A DNA stretch of 64,000 nucleotides. Origin: Ginglymostoma cirratum (taxonomy: Eukaryota). Made by a program: the position numbers and the translations under genes. The notes below the pieces were generated by a model. That model saw only the letters and a list, made by a program, of their open reading frames with translations, had not been told where the DNA came from and ran no database searches. Below are positions 37,923 through 50,770 of the stretch, in pieces (position 1 is the stretch's first letter; every line of letters begins with the position of its first letter). The stretch covers positions 19,068,097-19,132,096 of the forward strand of contig JAHRHZ010000274.1 in the NCBI GenBank assembly GCA_024137785.1, given 5' to 3'.

Positions 37923-40900
37923 ATAATCAATTGTTTGGTTGCTCTGTTCTATTGAAGGGCATTAATAAATCAGCATTGTAGTTAAAACAATCTCACAGCC
38001 TTCATGTTTATGTTGCCGGTGTCCATCCACAAATTATCATATCTCAAAGTTTTCTATACTTGTCTCAATGTAATCTCACAGATCTCAGGATCCAGCACTG
38101 AAATAGCCTTGTTACAATACTTTCCATGGGCCATGTATGAGGGAGATAAATTGTATCTGCTCTGGGCTCCATTAGAGACTGCCAGGCCAGATTGGGACCT
38201 GGTGCATTCAGATGCTGAAATGGTTCCCTTATCCACCATTGCTTTACTCACAGACTGACACCAGTATTATTCTTCAGTCTCCCAAGAAATATCTTAATCT
38301 ATTGAGGGGGCTGGGCAATCAGACATCATAGGTCTTTCGTTGACTTCTTTCTCTCCTACTTTTTAAAATATTCTTCTCTTTATGCCTCATGTTTCGTGTA
38401 TTTTTCTCTGCAGCCATCTACAGCTACATCTGTTCCACACTGAGACTGTCGTCAATCCAGAAAAACATGTGAAGAGCTCATTCCAAACAAGTCCTGACAT
38501 TTGCAGTTCCACGATTGCCCAACAATGTCACTCACAGGCACACTCACTGGCAAGCTGTGAAACCTAATTTAAAAGACTTTCTTGCTGCAAACAATTATAA
38601 ATTTGTGACATATGGCCACCGTGGTTGTGACCATAATCTGCTCTAAGTCACAGACTCACACTGTGTGCAAAGTTGATGTAGTTCCGGCAATATGCTAAAA
38701 TGCTACTGGAATCATAGCACAGTGCAGAAACCCAAGGTGACTATGCCATTTGAGCTTGTGAATTTCTCTCTTGACATAAATTGTCTCATCCTAGGTTTAT
38801 ATCTAGCATGGTACTCATAATTCTATTTTAAAAGAATTTTTGTGAGACAATTTCCATTCCAATTCAGTCTATGGAATTTCTCAAGTCTAGTGGTAATACT
38901 CAATGAATAAGAAAGGAAGCAGAAATTGGGATGGACAATCTACATGTTATTCCCATAACCAAATACAAACTACAGCAGGAGCTTGCACCACTTTTGTTCA
39001 GTACATTATTCAATTGTTTCTCAAACATAATACTTGTCCAAAACTCAGAAAATTGATTTCGTGGTAGATATTTAAGAGCAAATGGCTCGATCTTGGACAC
39101 TGATGTTCAGGATACAAAGGGTTACATTCTGGAATGAAGTGCTGTGAAGAGTTCTGCATTTTGATTTTTCACCATTGCTTTCAAACGTTTGAATTTTCAA
39201 TTCATTCTACTTAATTACTGCAGCAAATGCGTACTCATTAATATGCAAAAATGCAAATAATGTTGTAATTAAGCAGCAAATCTCTAGAGGATTTTTCCAT
39301 TATAATATATTATTAGTTTGGAGAGAGCATGGCGATGCATACTGATGAATATTATTGAAGTTGAAGATTAAAAATATGAGCAATGTCCTGTCATCTTGAA
39401 GTATCCTTTTGACATTGTAGTGATTTCGAAGAATAAATTTGCATAAAAGACTAAATAACTAACAGGTTTTTCTGTTGAATTAATAATTTACAACAGTTAC
39501 ACGAGCAGTATGCTCCACAATTCAGCACAAACTATGGGAATATTGTTATTGATGTGCTGCAGCTCTTGGTAATATTAATTAATGCATTCAGAAAATGAGT
39601 TTTTACATTGGAGGATAAGGAAATGTTATTCGATGGAAGGTATCATTATTGTTCTAAATTATCCAGAAGATGCAGTGGTCTATGCTCTTGATGATGTGCA
39701 CTGCAGTACAAGTGGCCTCTCCTGTTTGCTCTTTGCAATCACACATGACAAGACCTAAGCATGACCTAAATAGATACATTAGAAACTAGCCAGAGAATTT
39801 CAGCCAATCAGATGTCGCTAAGCGCTCCACTGGATGATACCTACAAGCTGACAGAAGCATTACAAAACATTATGGTGTCCACATTTTGATAGCTTGCTGT
39901 CTTTGTAAAATGTTGCTCTTTGCAGGATCAAGAAAACATAAAACTATTCATCTCTGAGATAGGGCATGTCCACAGCAGCTGAAAGCACTGTAAATTCACC
40001 AATGTAGATTACAGTTGTAGAGAAACACAATCCCTTCTATTGCGTTGCGTGGTTTTGTTAGTTAACCCTCAGATCACTGCAGCAGCATCACTGCACCGAT
40101 CAGAAAATACAAAAAATGCCCTTTTTACTTTAATCAGCAAACATTGCAGACATAGTTTGATCAAATGGTTAACTCTGCTTTATAATATCAAACATTAGAA
40201 ATTTAGTGGATGTCAATCCTTACACAGGCAATGCCGCTAAAGTGTGGTCAGTCATCAAAATAGATCAGTCTGTACATAAACATTCAAAAGACAGTCATTA
40301 TCTCTGCAATAGTTTGCATTTGATTATTTTTAAATACAACATAAAGAGTATAAATATCTTTGTTCAGAAAATGGGGAAAATGTAGATCTTGCTGCCAGGG
40401 AGAGTGGCTGAGGCAAATATTCCAGCTGCTTTCAACCAAAGCATCCGAGGAAGAAGGGGAGTGAAGGTTAGATCAGTAGGACTGGCAGGACGGAGGAGAC
40501 TTGAGTAGGACATAAAATGCCTGATTGATTGGGCTGAATGGTCGGTTTCCATGCTGTATACTCTGTGTAATTCTCACTTTAACTCTGTCACACATTTCAA
40601 ATGATCTTTTAGATTAGTAATTCAAGATGACAAAGTTTGACATACCATTTCCATCAAGCTGTCTTTAGAAACCACGAAACACATATGATATCAAATGCTG
40701 CATTGCTATATGATTTAGACTTTAAGGGAGCCACAAGCAATACATGCCATCTCAGAATTTGTGGTATATTACAGGGTGTTAGATTGATAACTACCCTGCA
40801 CAGAAATGTATCATTCTGTTTTGTGGGTTGTAAGCTTTGCTCTTGAGTTGGTGTGCTCAATTCTCCCTGAAGCCTTGTAATAAATATGCTGTCATTATGT

Positions 40901-41819
40901 CTCATGACAAAACAACACAGCAAAGAGGGTAAGTGATGGTTAGACTTGGTGAGAAATGGGTGGTGGTAAGAAGTGTGAGAAGGGAAACAATGGAAATGAT
41001 ACAACAGTGCCACTTCTAACAAGTCTTAAATTTTGAGCTTCTTCATGCCTACTAGCATATTAAGAGAACAAAACACCTGCTTATCTCTGTTTCCAGGGTT
41101 AGTTTTTTTCCTGGAATAAATTATAAGAGGCTATAGCTTGTGGGGCACCTCTCCACATTGAGCACGGCTGGCCAGGAGACAGTCCTGTCCTTACAGCCTG
41201 CCATAATCATACCGGAAGGATTTATAGTTTGATAACCAATCTGACTGGCCATGTCATGAGCACATCCTCTGTGGCTGTCAAGTCTTAGAAAGGAACCCAA
41301 AAGCAGAGATTCTCACTCAGAGGCAGGGGTACCCAGTGTGCAACAAGACCTCTCTCCTTCTAGCTACTGCTTTCTAAATGAGAGAATTTATGCCAAATAT
41401 TTTAAAGCACTTTTAAGCAAGCCTAGTAACATTAAGGTCATCAATAAGAAACAATTATCTGAGATAAGGAAGATCACCAAAAACATTGCTGGCAGGTTAT
41501 CTGCTTGTGAAATGCTCTGTGCCACCCACTGATAGCCTGACCAGAGGCGAACACACCTCTTTTTAACAGATAATTCAAGCATAAATTATGTTTCAACGAT
41601 TATTGTAGTCTGGGTCAGCAGCCTATTTGCACAATAAGTGTGAAGACTTGATTAATGTGTAAGGTTGGATATTGGTGCCCATCACAGTGTGTCATGTTTT
41701 CTTCAGTGGTACAGCATGAAAGAAGATATACCAAGACCAACAACAACCACTGAAAGTATATTACATACATTGGCACACTAATGGTAATAGAGAACTGATT
41801 TTACTTTTGAAATTAATAG

Positions 41820-41912
41820 GAATCCAGATGTAGAATCACGCCATCTTCTGCTAACAATCAAACCATAGTACTCAACAACTGCATTATGAACCCCGACTCC
41901 AGCTCTTTTCAG
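41820..41912 (+). other. Candidate exon (93 nt, phase 0/0), product unknown
   Basis: ttttgaaattaatag acceptor and CAG|gtatgt donor. The only open frame reads ESRCRITPSSANNQTIVLNNCIMNPDSSSFQ. Confidence 0.25.
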
Positions 41913-42107
41913 GTATGTTACAATGTAGAGCGATGGGGCTGGTATAGGGTGGTGGTACAGAGTACACCACACAGCGACCTCACACAGAACCACTTCCTCA
42001 TCAGCAGGCATCAAACATCAGAGCATGTAATGTATGTTACTTGCAAATTTCTGATCGCAGCTTAATTTTCTTTGTCTGTTGTCTTGACAGTCCTTCTGTA
42101 ATGCCCT

Positions 42108-42340
42108 CGGTGTCTTATGGTGCAGTGGTCAGTGTCTCTGCCTCTGAGCCTGAAGCTCTGGGTTTAAGTCCCATTCCAGGACTTGAGGGTCAAGCAAGGA
42201 GGATTCAAAACGTGGGCAAATGGGTTGAGTATCAATCTTCAGATCCTTCCAATCTATGCCAATCGTAAGCTATAGGAGCAGGAGAGATTCCTGGTTAGCT
42301 GGGTGATGGAAAGAACACCGGAGTCTCTATCATTACTATC
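42108..42340 (+). mobile_element. tRNA-derived SINE fragment
   Basis: A-box TGGTGCAGTGG and B-box-like GGGTTTAAGTCCC. Confidence 0.55.
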
Positions 42341-42498
42341 CATAGCTAAAACACAACACTGGCATCTACCCAAAAATGTGGAAACTTGCTCATCTATGTC
42401 CTGTCCAGAAAATGATGTGGAGTTGCTGATGTTGGACTGGAGTGGACAAGGTCAGAAATGACACAACACCAGGTTATAGTCCAACAGGTTTATTTGAA

Positions 42499-42537
42499 AA
42501 CACAAGCTTTCGGACCCTCAGTCCTTCTTCAGGTATT
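42499..42537 (-). ncRNA. Minimal hammerhead ribozyme with intact core (PLE family A)
   Basis: AAUAC-CUGAAGA-A-GGAC-UGAGG-GUCC-GAAAGCUU-GUGUU: 5-bp stem I, 4-bp stem II, palindromic AAGCUU stem III and CUU triplet. Confidence 0.75.
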
Positions 42538-43280
42538 AGTGAAAGAGGTAGTATCAGACACAGAATTTATAAGTAAAGGATCAAAGATTCACACACCATT
42601 GATGAGGAAGTACTGAACAAACCTAAGAAGCTTTTAAACCTTTAATTAGTCAGAAGGTTGTAATTGATTAATATATATGTGTAAATCCCCGAATTCCTTT
42701 CAAGTCACAATCCTGAAAGAACTAAAGGTTTTATCAGTGTAAAGAAGAGGTGACATTTTAAGTCAGACAATGCATGTTAAGTGTGAGGCCTTGTTTAGAA
42801 TCTGTTTGTGCTTTAGTTTGGAGTCAGACTGGTTGTATTTCTAAAGTGAGAATTTATAAAACGCCATATCGACTGACTGTCTATAAATCGTGTGCTTTTT
42901 GAACAAAATAANNNNNNNNNNNNNNNNNNNNNNNNNNNNNNNNNNNNNNNNNNNNNNNNNNNNNNNNNNNNNNNNNNNNNNNNNNNNNNNNNNNNNNNNN
43001 NNNNNNNNNNNNNNNNNNNNNNNNNNNNNNNNNNNNNNNNNNNNNNNNNNNNNNNNNNNNNNNNNNNNNNNNNNNNNNNNNNNNNNNNNNNNNNNNNNNN
43101 NNNNNNNNNNNNNNNNNNNNGAGAGTGTGTNNNNNNNNNNNNNNNNNNNNNNNNNNNNNNNNNNNNNNNNNNNNNNNNNNNNNNNNNNNNNNNNNNNNNN
43201 NNNNNNNNNNNNNNNNNNNNNNNNNNNNNNNNNNNNNNNNNNNNNNNNNNNNNNNNNNNNNNNNNNNNNNNNNNNNNNNN

Positions 43281-45904
43281 ACTGCCAGCTCAAAGTGGAG
43301 AGGATCTCCAAGCAGATCACAAAAAATCATCAAGTTTCTACAGAAATGCAAGAAAGCACAAAATATCCAAAAGCACTACAGATCACGAACCCACTCAAGC
43401 CGACCTACAACACTGATTACGCTGAGAGACTTTGTTGTTGCACCTCTCACAAGCTCCTCAATCATCTCATACACCAACTCTACAGCAAGTGCCATAACCT
43501 TGAAATCGAGATGGAGTCCATATTCTCAGCTTACGCTCCAGATACAGCAGCACAGTAGTGAGACACTGCCAAACAGACACGGCAATGGAACTACATCACC
43601 TACATGCACAGTAAGGACAAGAAACTGGAGAAACTTGGCATCATCACCGGCAATAACCAAGTCTCCCCTGGTACCACAGTTGAAGGTGGTACCACCACAG
43701 GAAAATCCTTCGTCAACTTATCTGACCACACCCTTCAACTGGACGAGATCAAAGTTCTCAGCCGAGGACTCAATTTATGCCCCACCACCAAAATGGACAC
43801 CACTGGACTTGCAGCAGACACAGAGGAATTCATCAGACAAATGAGACTCCAGGACTTCTTCCCAGATGTCAGCAGACAGCCCAATGAGACAACCAGCGAA
43901 TCGGATCAGTCGACAGTGAGATCCATGGGGGAGCGGGCAAAGAAGGAGTTGAACAGGACCCCTCTGGAGGGCCATTGCCCTGGGCTTTCACAGGTTTGCT
44001 TAACCCATCAGAGAATTTGGGAATGCCAGATTTATCAGCTGCACTCACAAAGTAGTGTAAAATTCACTCAGGCACAACGCAACGCCATCCATGCTCTCAT
44101 GACCAATCGCAACATCGTCATCAAACTAGCAGACAAAAGAGGAGCCATTGCCGTACAGAGTAGAACAGTCTACTGTAAGGAAGTGTACTGTTAGCTGAAC
44201 AACCAGGAACACTACAGACAACTATCTGCCGATCCAACCAAAGAATACACCCGTCAACTGAACAGACTGGTCAAGATTTTTGATCAAGACCTTCAGAGTA
44301 CCCTACACACTCTTATCCCATGTACTTCCCAGACTTCTGCTGCTTTCCAAAAATACACAAAGCCAACACACCTGGACGTCCCATCATATCAGGCAATGGG
44401 ACCCTGTGTGAGAACCTCTCTGGATAGGCCGAGGGCATCTTAAAACCTATTGAACAGGGAACCTCCCATCTTCTGTGATGACACGGCAGATTCCTTATAG
44501 AAACCCAACACCCACAGACCAGTCAAACCAGGAATATTCTTCGTTACAATGGATATTTTGACACTCTACACAAGCATCCTCCATGACGATGGCATCACCG
44601 CAACAGCCTCTGCACTCAATACCAACAACTGGCAATTTCCATACGTCATCCTACAACTCACCAGATTCATCCTCAACCACAACATCTTCACCTTCGACAA
44701 CCAGTTCTTCATCTAGACATATGGAACAGCCATAGGGGTTAGATTCGCTCCCCAGTCTGCCAACATTTTCATGTACAGCTTCGAACAAGACTTCTTTGCT
44801 ACACAGAGCCTCCAATCAATGCTATACACCAGGTACATTGAAGATATTTTCTTCCTTTGGACCCATGGCGAGGAATCACTGAAACAACTATATAGCGATA
44901 TCAGCAAGTTTTATCCCACCGTCACACTTACAATGGACTATTCTTTAGAATCATTCTCATTCTTGTACACACGCATCTCCATCAGGCTCGGACACCTCAG
45001 CGCATCACTGTACCTCAAGCCTACACATAACCTCACGATGCTGCACTTCTCTAGTTTCAACCCTAAACATATTAAAACAGCCATCCCCTACAGACAAGCC
45101 CTACGCATACACAGAATCTGTTCAGACAAGGAGGAAAGAGGCGGACTCCTGAAGGTGTTGAAAGATGCCTTCATAGGAACAGGATATGATGCTCAACTCA
45201 TCGATCATCAACTCTGACATGCCACAGCGAAAAACCGTAATGACCTCCTCAAAAGACTGACACAGGATAATCCAATAGGGTGCCCTTTGTTGTCCAGTAG
45301 TTCCCAGGAGCGGAGAAACTACGCCATGTCCTTCGCAGCCTTCAACGCATTATCGATGATGATGAGCACCTAGCCAAGATCTTCCCCTTGCCTTCACTTT
45401 TTGCCTTCACATAACCACCAAACCTTAAACAGATCATTGTTTGCAGGAAAATACTCAGCCTTCAGGACAACATCGCCCACAACTGTCATGGTAACCTCTG
45501 CAAGACATGTCAGATCTTCGGCATAGACACTGCCATCACACATGGGAATACCACCCACCATGTGCACGGCAGATACTCATGTGACTCGGCCAATGTTATC
45601 TATTCTCATATGCTGTAGGCAAGAATACCTCAACTCGTGGTATATTGGTGAAATCATTCAGACACCACGACAACGGATGAATGGATACCATGCAACAATT
45701 GCCAGACAGGAATGTTCCCTCCCAGTGGGGGAACATTTCAGCGGTCAAGGACATTCGGCCTCGGATCTTTGGGTAAACATCCTCCAAGGCAGACTTCGGG
45801 ATACACAACAACACAGAGTTGCTGAACAGAGGCTGATAGCCAAGTTCAGTATCCATGAGGATGGCCTCAACCAGGATCTTGGGTTCATGTTGCACTACAG
45901 GTGA
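43281..45904 (+). pseudogene. Disrupted PLE ORF: N-terminal domain, reverse transcriptase, Cys-rich linker and GIY-YIG endonuclease
   Basis: FVNLSDHTL..VLSRGLNLCPT, NIVIKLADKRGAI, FPKIHKANTPGRPIISG, RYIEDIFFLW, AIPYRQALRIHRICS, CHGNLCKTCQI, WYIGE..RQRMNGYH..VGEHFS..AEQRLIAKF..GLNQD. Multiple stops and frameshifts. Confidence 0.95.
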
Positions 45905-45921
45905 CGCCACTAAACTATACA

Positions 45922-45923
<2 letters not shown>

Positions 45924-45971
<48 letters not shown>
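45924..45971 (+). repeat. (CA)n microsatellite at the start of the PLE 3' UTR
   Basis: Seen directly. The N gaps at 33848-33997 and 42912-43280 fall at the equivalent position in the other family A copies. Confidence 0.95.
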
Positions 45972-45973
<2 letters not shown>

Positions 45974-46067
45974 TATGTGAATCTATGAGGTGAATTTGTA
46001 TTTGCGTATACATTTTATTTTGTTCAAAAAGAACACAATTTATAGGCAGTCAATATGGCATTTTATG

Positions 46068-46170
46068 AACAACAAAAACAGAAGTTGCTGGAAAAACTCA
46101 GCAAACCTGGCAGCATCTGTGAAGAAAAAATCAGAGTTAACATTTCAGATCCGGTGACCCTTCCTCAGAC
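46068..46170 (-). mobile_element. Short pLTR-derived repeat nested in the family A pLTR
   Basis: Absent from the homologous positions near 34055 and 42850. Confidence 0.75.
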
Positions 46171-46439
46171 TGCCTACTTTAGAAATGAAACCAGTCTGAC
46201 TCCAAATGAAAACACAAATAGATTCTAAACAAGGCCTCAAACTTAACTTGCATTGTCTGACCTAAAATGTCACCACTTCCTTACATTGATAAAACCTTTA
46301 GTTCTCTCAGGAGAGTGACTTCAAAGGAATTCATGGATTTACATATGCATATCTATAAATTACAACCTTCTAACTGATTAAAGACTTAACAGTGTTTTAG
46401 GTTTGTTTAGTACATCCCCATCAGTGGTGTGGCCCTTTG

Positions 46440-46808
46440 GGAAGGTGATGGCCTAGTGGTGCTACCTGGACTGTTAATCTTGAGACTCTGATAATGTTCT
46501 GGGAGCCTGCGTTGGAATCCCACCACTGCAGATGGTGGAATTTGAATTCAATAAATATCTGGAATTAAGAATCTTTGATGACTATGAATCCATTGCTGAT
46601 TGTCAGGAAAATCCCAATTGGTTCACTAATGTCCTTCATGGAAGGAAACTGCCATCCTTACCTGGTCTGGCCTACATGTGACTCCAGACCCACAGCAATG
46701 TGGTTGACTCTGAACTGCCCTCTGGGTAATTAGGGACAAGCAATAAATGCTGCCTAAGTAGCGATGCCGTCGTCCCATGAATGAATAAAAATGCATGAAT
46801 AAAAAAAA
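46440..46808 (+). mobile_element. tRNA-derived SINE nested in the family A pLTR
   Basis: TGGCCTAGTGG A-box, GTTGGAATCCC B-box-like motif, A-rich tail, flanked by CCCTTTG / CCCTTG. Confidence 0.85.
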
Positions 46809-47129
46809 CCCTTGATCTTTTACTTATAAATTCTGTGTCAGATACTACCTCTCTCACTAACACCTGAAGAAGGACTGAGGCTCCAAAAGCTTGTTGTTTC
46901 AAATAAACCTGTTGGACTATAACCTGGTTTCGTGTGATTTCTGACCCTGTCCAGAAAATGCGTAACAAATCCAATCCAGCCAATTAGCATCAGTCTACTC
47001 TCAAACATCACAAAGTGATATTTGGTGCTGGTGACAATACTATCAAGCCGCACCTATGCAGCAATAACCTACTCTCCAATGCTCAGCTAGGTTACTAACA
47101 GGGCTCTTCTAAATCAACCCTCTGTTAAT

Positions 47130-47940
47130 TCAATGACACACTGCCTTCTAGGGAAGAGAATACCACACACAGAGGGCATTGCAAAAGGTACAATGTCATG
47201 GGCATCACAGAGATGTGGCTGCAAGGTGATCAGTGCTGAGAGCTAAATATCCAAGGATATACATCTTATTGAAAGGACAGACAGATGGGGAGAGTGAGCA
47301 GGGTTACATTATTAGTAAGAAATGAAATTAAATCAATAGCAAGAGTGATATAGAGCTGGAAGGTGTAGAATCTACGTGGTAGTGTTGAGAAACCGCAAAT
47401 GATAAAAAGACCCTGAAGGGAGTTGTGTTCCAGCTTCCTAGCCATAGTCAGGATGTGGGGATGAAAATAAATCAAGGGATAGAAAAGGCATTATTACAAT
47501 TATCATGAGGGACATGAAGATGCAGGTGGATTGGAAAAATCAGGTTGGAAGTGGATCTCAAGAAAAGGAAATTGTACAATGTTTATAAGATTTTTTTTTG
47601 GAGCAGCTTGTGGTGGAGCTCACTAGGGAAAAAGGAAATTCCAGATTTGGTGATGTGTAGAGAGGCATGCTTGATGGGAGAGCTTAGGTTGAAGGAACCC
47701 CAAGGGGGCAGTGACCATAATATGGTAGAATTCACCTTGTAGCTTGAGAGGGAGAAGCTGGAATTAGATGTAACAGTATTACAATTGAGTAAATGTAATT
47801 ACAAAGGTATGAGGGAGGAGCTGGTCAGAGTTGATTGGAAGGGGAGTCTATCAGGGAAGGCAATGAACCAGCAAAGGCGGGAATTTCTGGGGTTAATTCA
47901 GGAGGCACAGCAGCAATTCATCTCAAGGAAGAAAAAATAT
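47130..47940 (+). mobile_element. CR1 ORF2 endonuclease-region fragment
   Basis: VMGITEMWLQGDQ..ELNIQGY..RKDRQ-like motif and GGSDHNMVEF..NYKGMREELVRVDW. Confidence 0.85.
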
Positions 47941-49986
47941 AGAGTCGTGGACTCAGAGAGTCATACAGAATGGAAAGAGACCCTTCAATCCAATTCATCA
48001 CTCCAACCAGACATCACAATCTGACTTGTCCCATTTGAAGTTTGAAAGGCAATGGTGTTTTACCATTTGAATTTCAGAGATGGGTACTGTCAAAGTTAAT
48101 AGTTCTATAAGGGTTAAAATTGGAGACTGCATTAAATATCATGTCATACAGTTTTGAGTGGGAATAATGTAGAACAACTTAGGATCTCTGTGAATGAAAA
48201 TCAATGTCCTTAGTTTTCTAATAGTCTCAGTAAAAATGTCTATCTTACTAACATAACTTGGACAGGATTGCTATCATGTGTTGCTGCTAGGATGGTGTGG
48301 GATGCGGTGGGGGTTGGGGAGGCAATGGTGTGAGACTCTCTGTCATTTTCTTGTCTTACTACTCCACAGGTCATCACCTTAATTTAAATGTTTTATTCTG
48401 TTCTTAACATAGTCAATCATATGCTTTCTCTAAATTAGGCTAGAATGAAAAGATTCAACAGGTTTCTTAAATAACCATAACATTTCTGACCTATAATGAA
48501 AAATAAAATTCAAAAGAGATATTACAAATTATGTGTGTTACATGAAAATATAAATCTCTACCCTTCTAAATAACTCAATTTACACAAAATAACATGCTTC
48601 AGATGAAGAGGGGGCAGGGAATGGGTTACTCTTTGCAGATACTCTCTTTAAAAAGAAACAAAGACATTTTTCTGGCCAGTGGTTATTCTTGATGGGAAGG
48701 CAATGGATGAAGCATAGAACATTCTGAAGTCAACCTGGTGTTTTTGCATGTGTGGTCAAGTCACGAATCACATCTGGTTGCCCCTGGAGTCTTGGCAGAC
48801 ACAGCTTGCTTAGGAAATACAAAATTGTGAGAAACTCTTTCAGCTACATTTCCAGATGCACAGTCAGGTTTCACCATGATCTCACAGAAAAGTTATTTCA
48901 GGAACAGGAGTCACAGGCTAAGCAATATGTTCTGTAGCAGGTTTTCCTCAACTGAAAAGTCCACACTCAAACTCCAAGTCTGCAAACATTTTTCAAACAG
49001 ACCAGCCATTAAGCCCACTCATTAAACAGCCAGGTGTTCACCTTGAAGTCAGTTCAAGCTACCGAAACCAGCAATTATCTGGAACCATCTGGAACCACTA
49101 AATGCTTGCTTAAAATACAAGTACTAATGCATTGAATTTTCCAACAAGTCAGCTAAGTGTCAATTTTGGGAACTTCCACAGAGGGTTTCTCTCTGCAAAC
49201 CCTAACAAGTAATATTACAGCATTCTCACCTCGTTAAGTATGCATTACACTTCTTCAGCGCTGCTTTTGTGTTAACTTGTAGTCGTCAGCAGCAGAGTGC
49301 TCCCTGTTGCCTGGACTTTGAGAGCTTCCTGTCCCTGGTGCCATATTTAAAGCCCAGCAGGTTCAAACACTGCAAGCCAGGAATGCCCCTGCACAGTACA
49401 CGTTGTGGGAAGGAAATGAAAAGGAAAAGCTTCTGAGAGAACATAGGTCACGTGGGTGACATTCTATTGGAAATGGAATGTCACATTTGTAAATATTTAA
49501 AACAGACATATCGCATGTCTGATCGACAGTCATTGTAGCTGCAGCTACAAGAATGAAGCTACAGAGGGTACCCATTCTTAGTGCTTCTACTCTTTAACCA
49601 AAACCCACAGTAGCATAGAATCTTGTCATTGTTGAATCTGGCAGGATCACTTACAATATAGCTCTCAAATAGTTGTTCAAGTTACTTTTTATGAAACAAC
49701 AGGAAAGTGACAATAAAACAAACGAAACATTTCTGGGACTAAATGAGAACTTGTTGCCTTTCGAGCAACAACAAATTTACAGCCAATGAATGATGACTTC
49801 ACCTAAATCAGATTGATTGGAACTGGATGTCAATTAAGTCCTTTCTGGCTTGTTGTACCGGGCACTACACTGCTCTATCATGGTGAACATGATGTTCCTC
49901 CTGCTCAATAACCTTACCCTCCTCCTTGGAAGACAAAGGCAACCTCCTCAGCTCTTCTGCATCCATTACATTCTCTCTGTGCTTTT

Positions 49987-50770
49987 ATTGTTGTGCACAG
50001 CACAGCATGATTAAAAAACCCCAGTCCAACCTAATCATTGGAAACTCATCTTCAGGAGGCCTCTCATCAGCTCTGCAATGATGCTGTTGGAGGAATGGGC
50101 TGCATTGCGTCTACACTCAGCTTCAATCAAAATGGTGTGTCATGGAGTCATTATCCATGGTGACAGAAGGTAGCCTTGTCTCTCAGCCCCCATCCTTGTG
50201 AAGCAGCCAGCACTTGCAATGAAGCAGGAAACTGAGAGTTATCAAGGAGACAGGCATCATGGCAGCTTCTAAGGGACCTGGCGGAGGCTTTTAATTTGTC
50301 ATACTGATGATCACTGCAGGCTTGTATGTTAAATGAATGGAACCTGTTTCTGTTAGTGAAGTCAGTGCATGATGTAACTCCCTCAGCAGGTTGAGTGCAA
50401 TCTATAACACTCTGTGCCTAGGGAATGGCAGCTACTCTGGTGAAGCCTACGTGCCCAGGCTGCAACACTGACCCTGGCATGAGGAAACGAGAATATGTGG
50501 AGTCATCTAGCACAAATTGCATCAATAACAACATTGATACATCTGTGGGTTGAGGATCGAGAGACGATACTTAGGTGCCCAGTGGATCTTTGAAAGCAGC
50601 CAGTTACATAAAAACTCAGTGTGGCTGCCAGCTGCCACTGAGAGAGAATGATTATCCACCCCTTTCAGACACAGACCCTGCTCCAGCAGTTGGCATAGTC
50701 CTCTGACTATGTTCCAGGACATCTTCCCTCTGCAGCAGCACTCTGCCTTGCTCACCTGGAGGAAATAGTA
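49987..50770 (-). pseudogene. Decayed Harbinger (PIF/HARBI1-like) DDE transposase
   Basis: TLSFYVTGCFQRSTG..SRSSTHRCI, SVIDCTQ, FTNRNRFHSFNIQACSDH, SCHDACLL, DK/GYLLSPWIMTP, NAAHSS..AELMRGLLKMSFQ, CCAVHN; with stops and frameshifts. Confidence 0.85.

Larger units (their letters stand above)
42415..46945 (+). mobile_element. Near full-length Neptune-like PLE (family A) with inverted 5' pLTR and 15-bp TSD, inserted in a LINE RT fragment
   Basis: TSD CCTGTCCAGAAAATG at 42400-42414 and 46946-46960. 42415-42911 is the reverse complement of the 3' pLTR. The flanks rejoin as GIYPKMWKLAHLCPVQK|MRNKSNPAN. Confidence 0.95.

Noticed and set aside
42841-43844. Long ORFs containing X runs
   Set aside because: Artefacts of N gaps; the real part is the PLE N-terminus.
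48280-49200. Possible minus-strand solo LTR
   Set aside because: Only a compositional impression; termini and TSD could not be identified.
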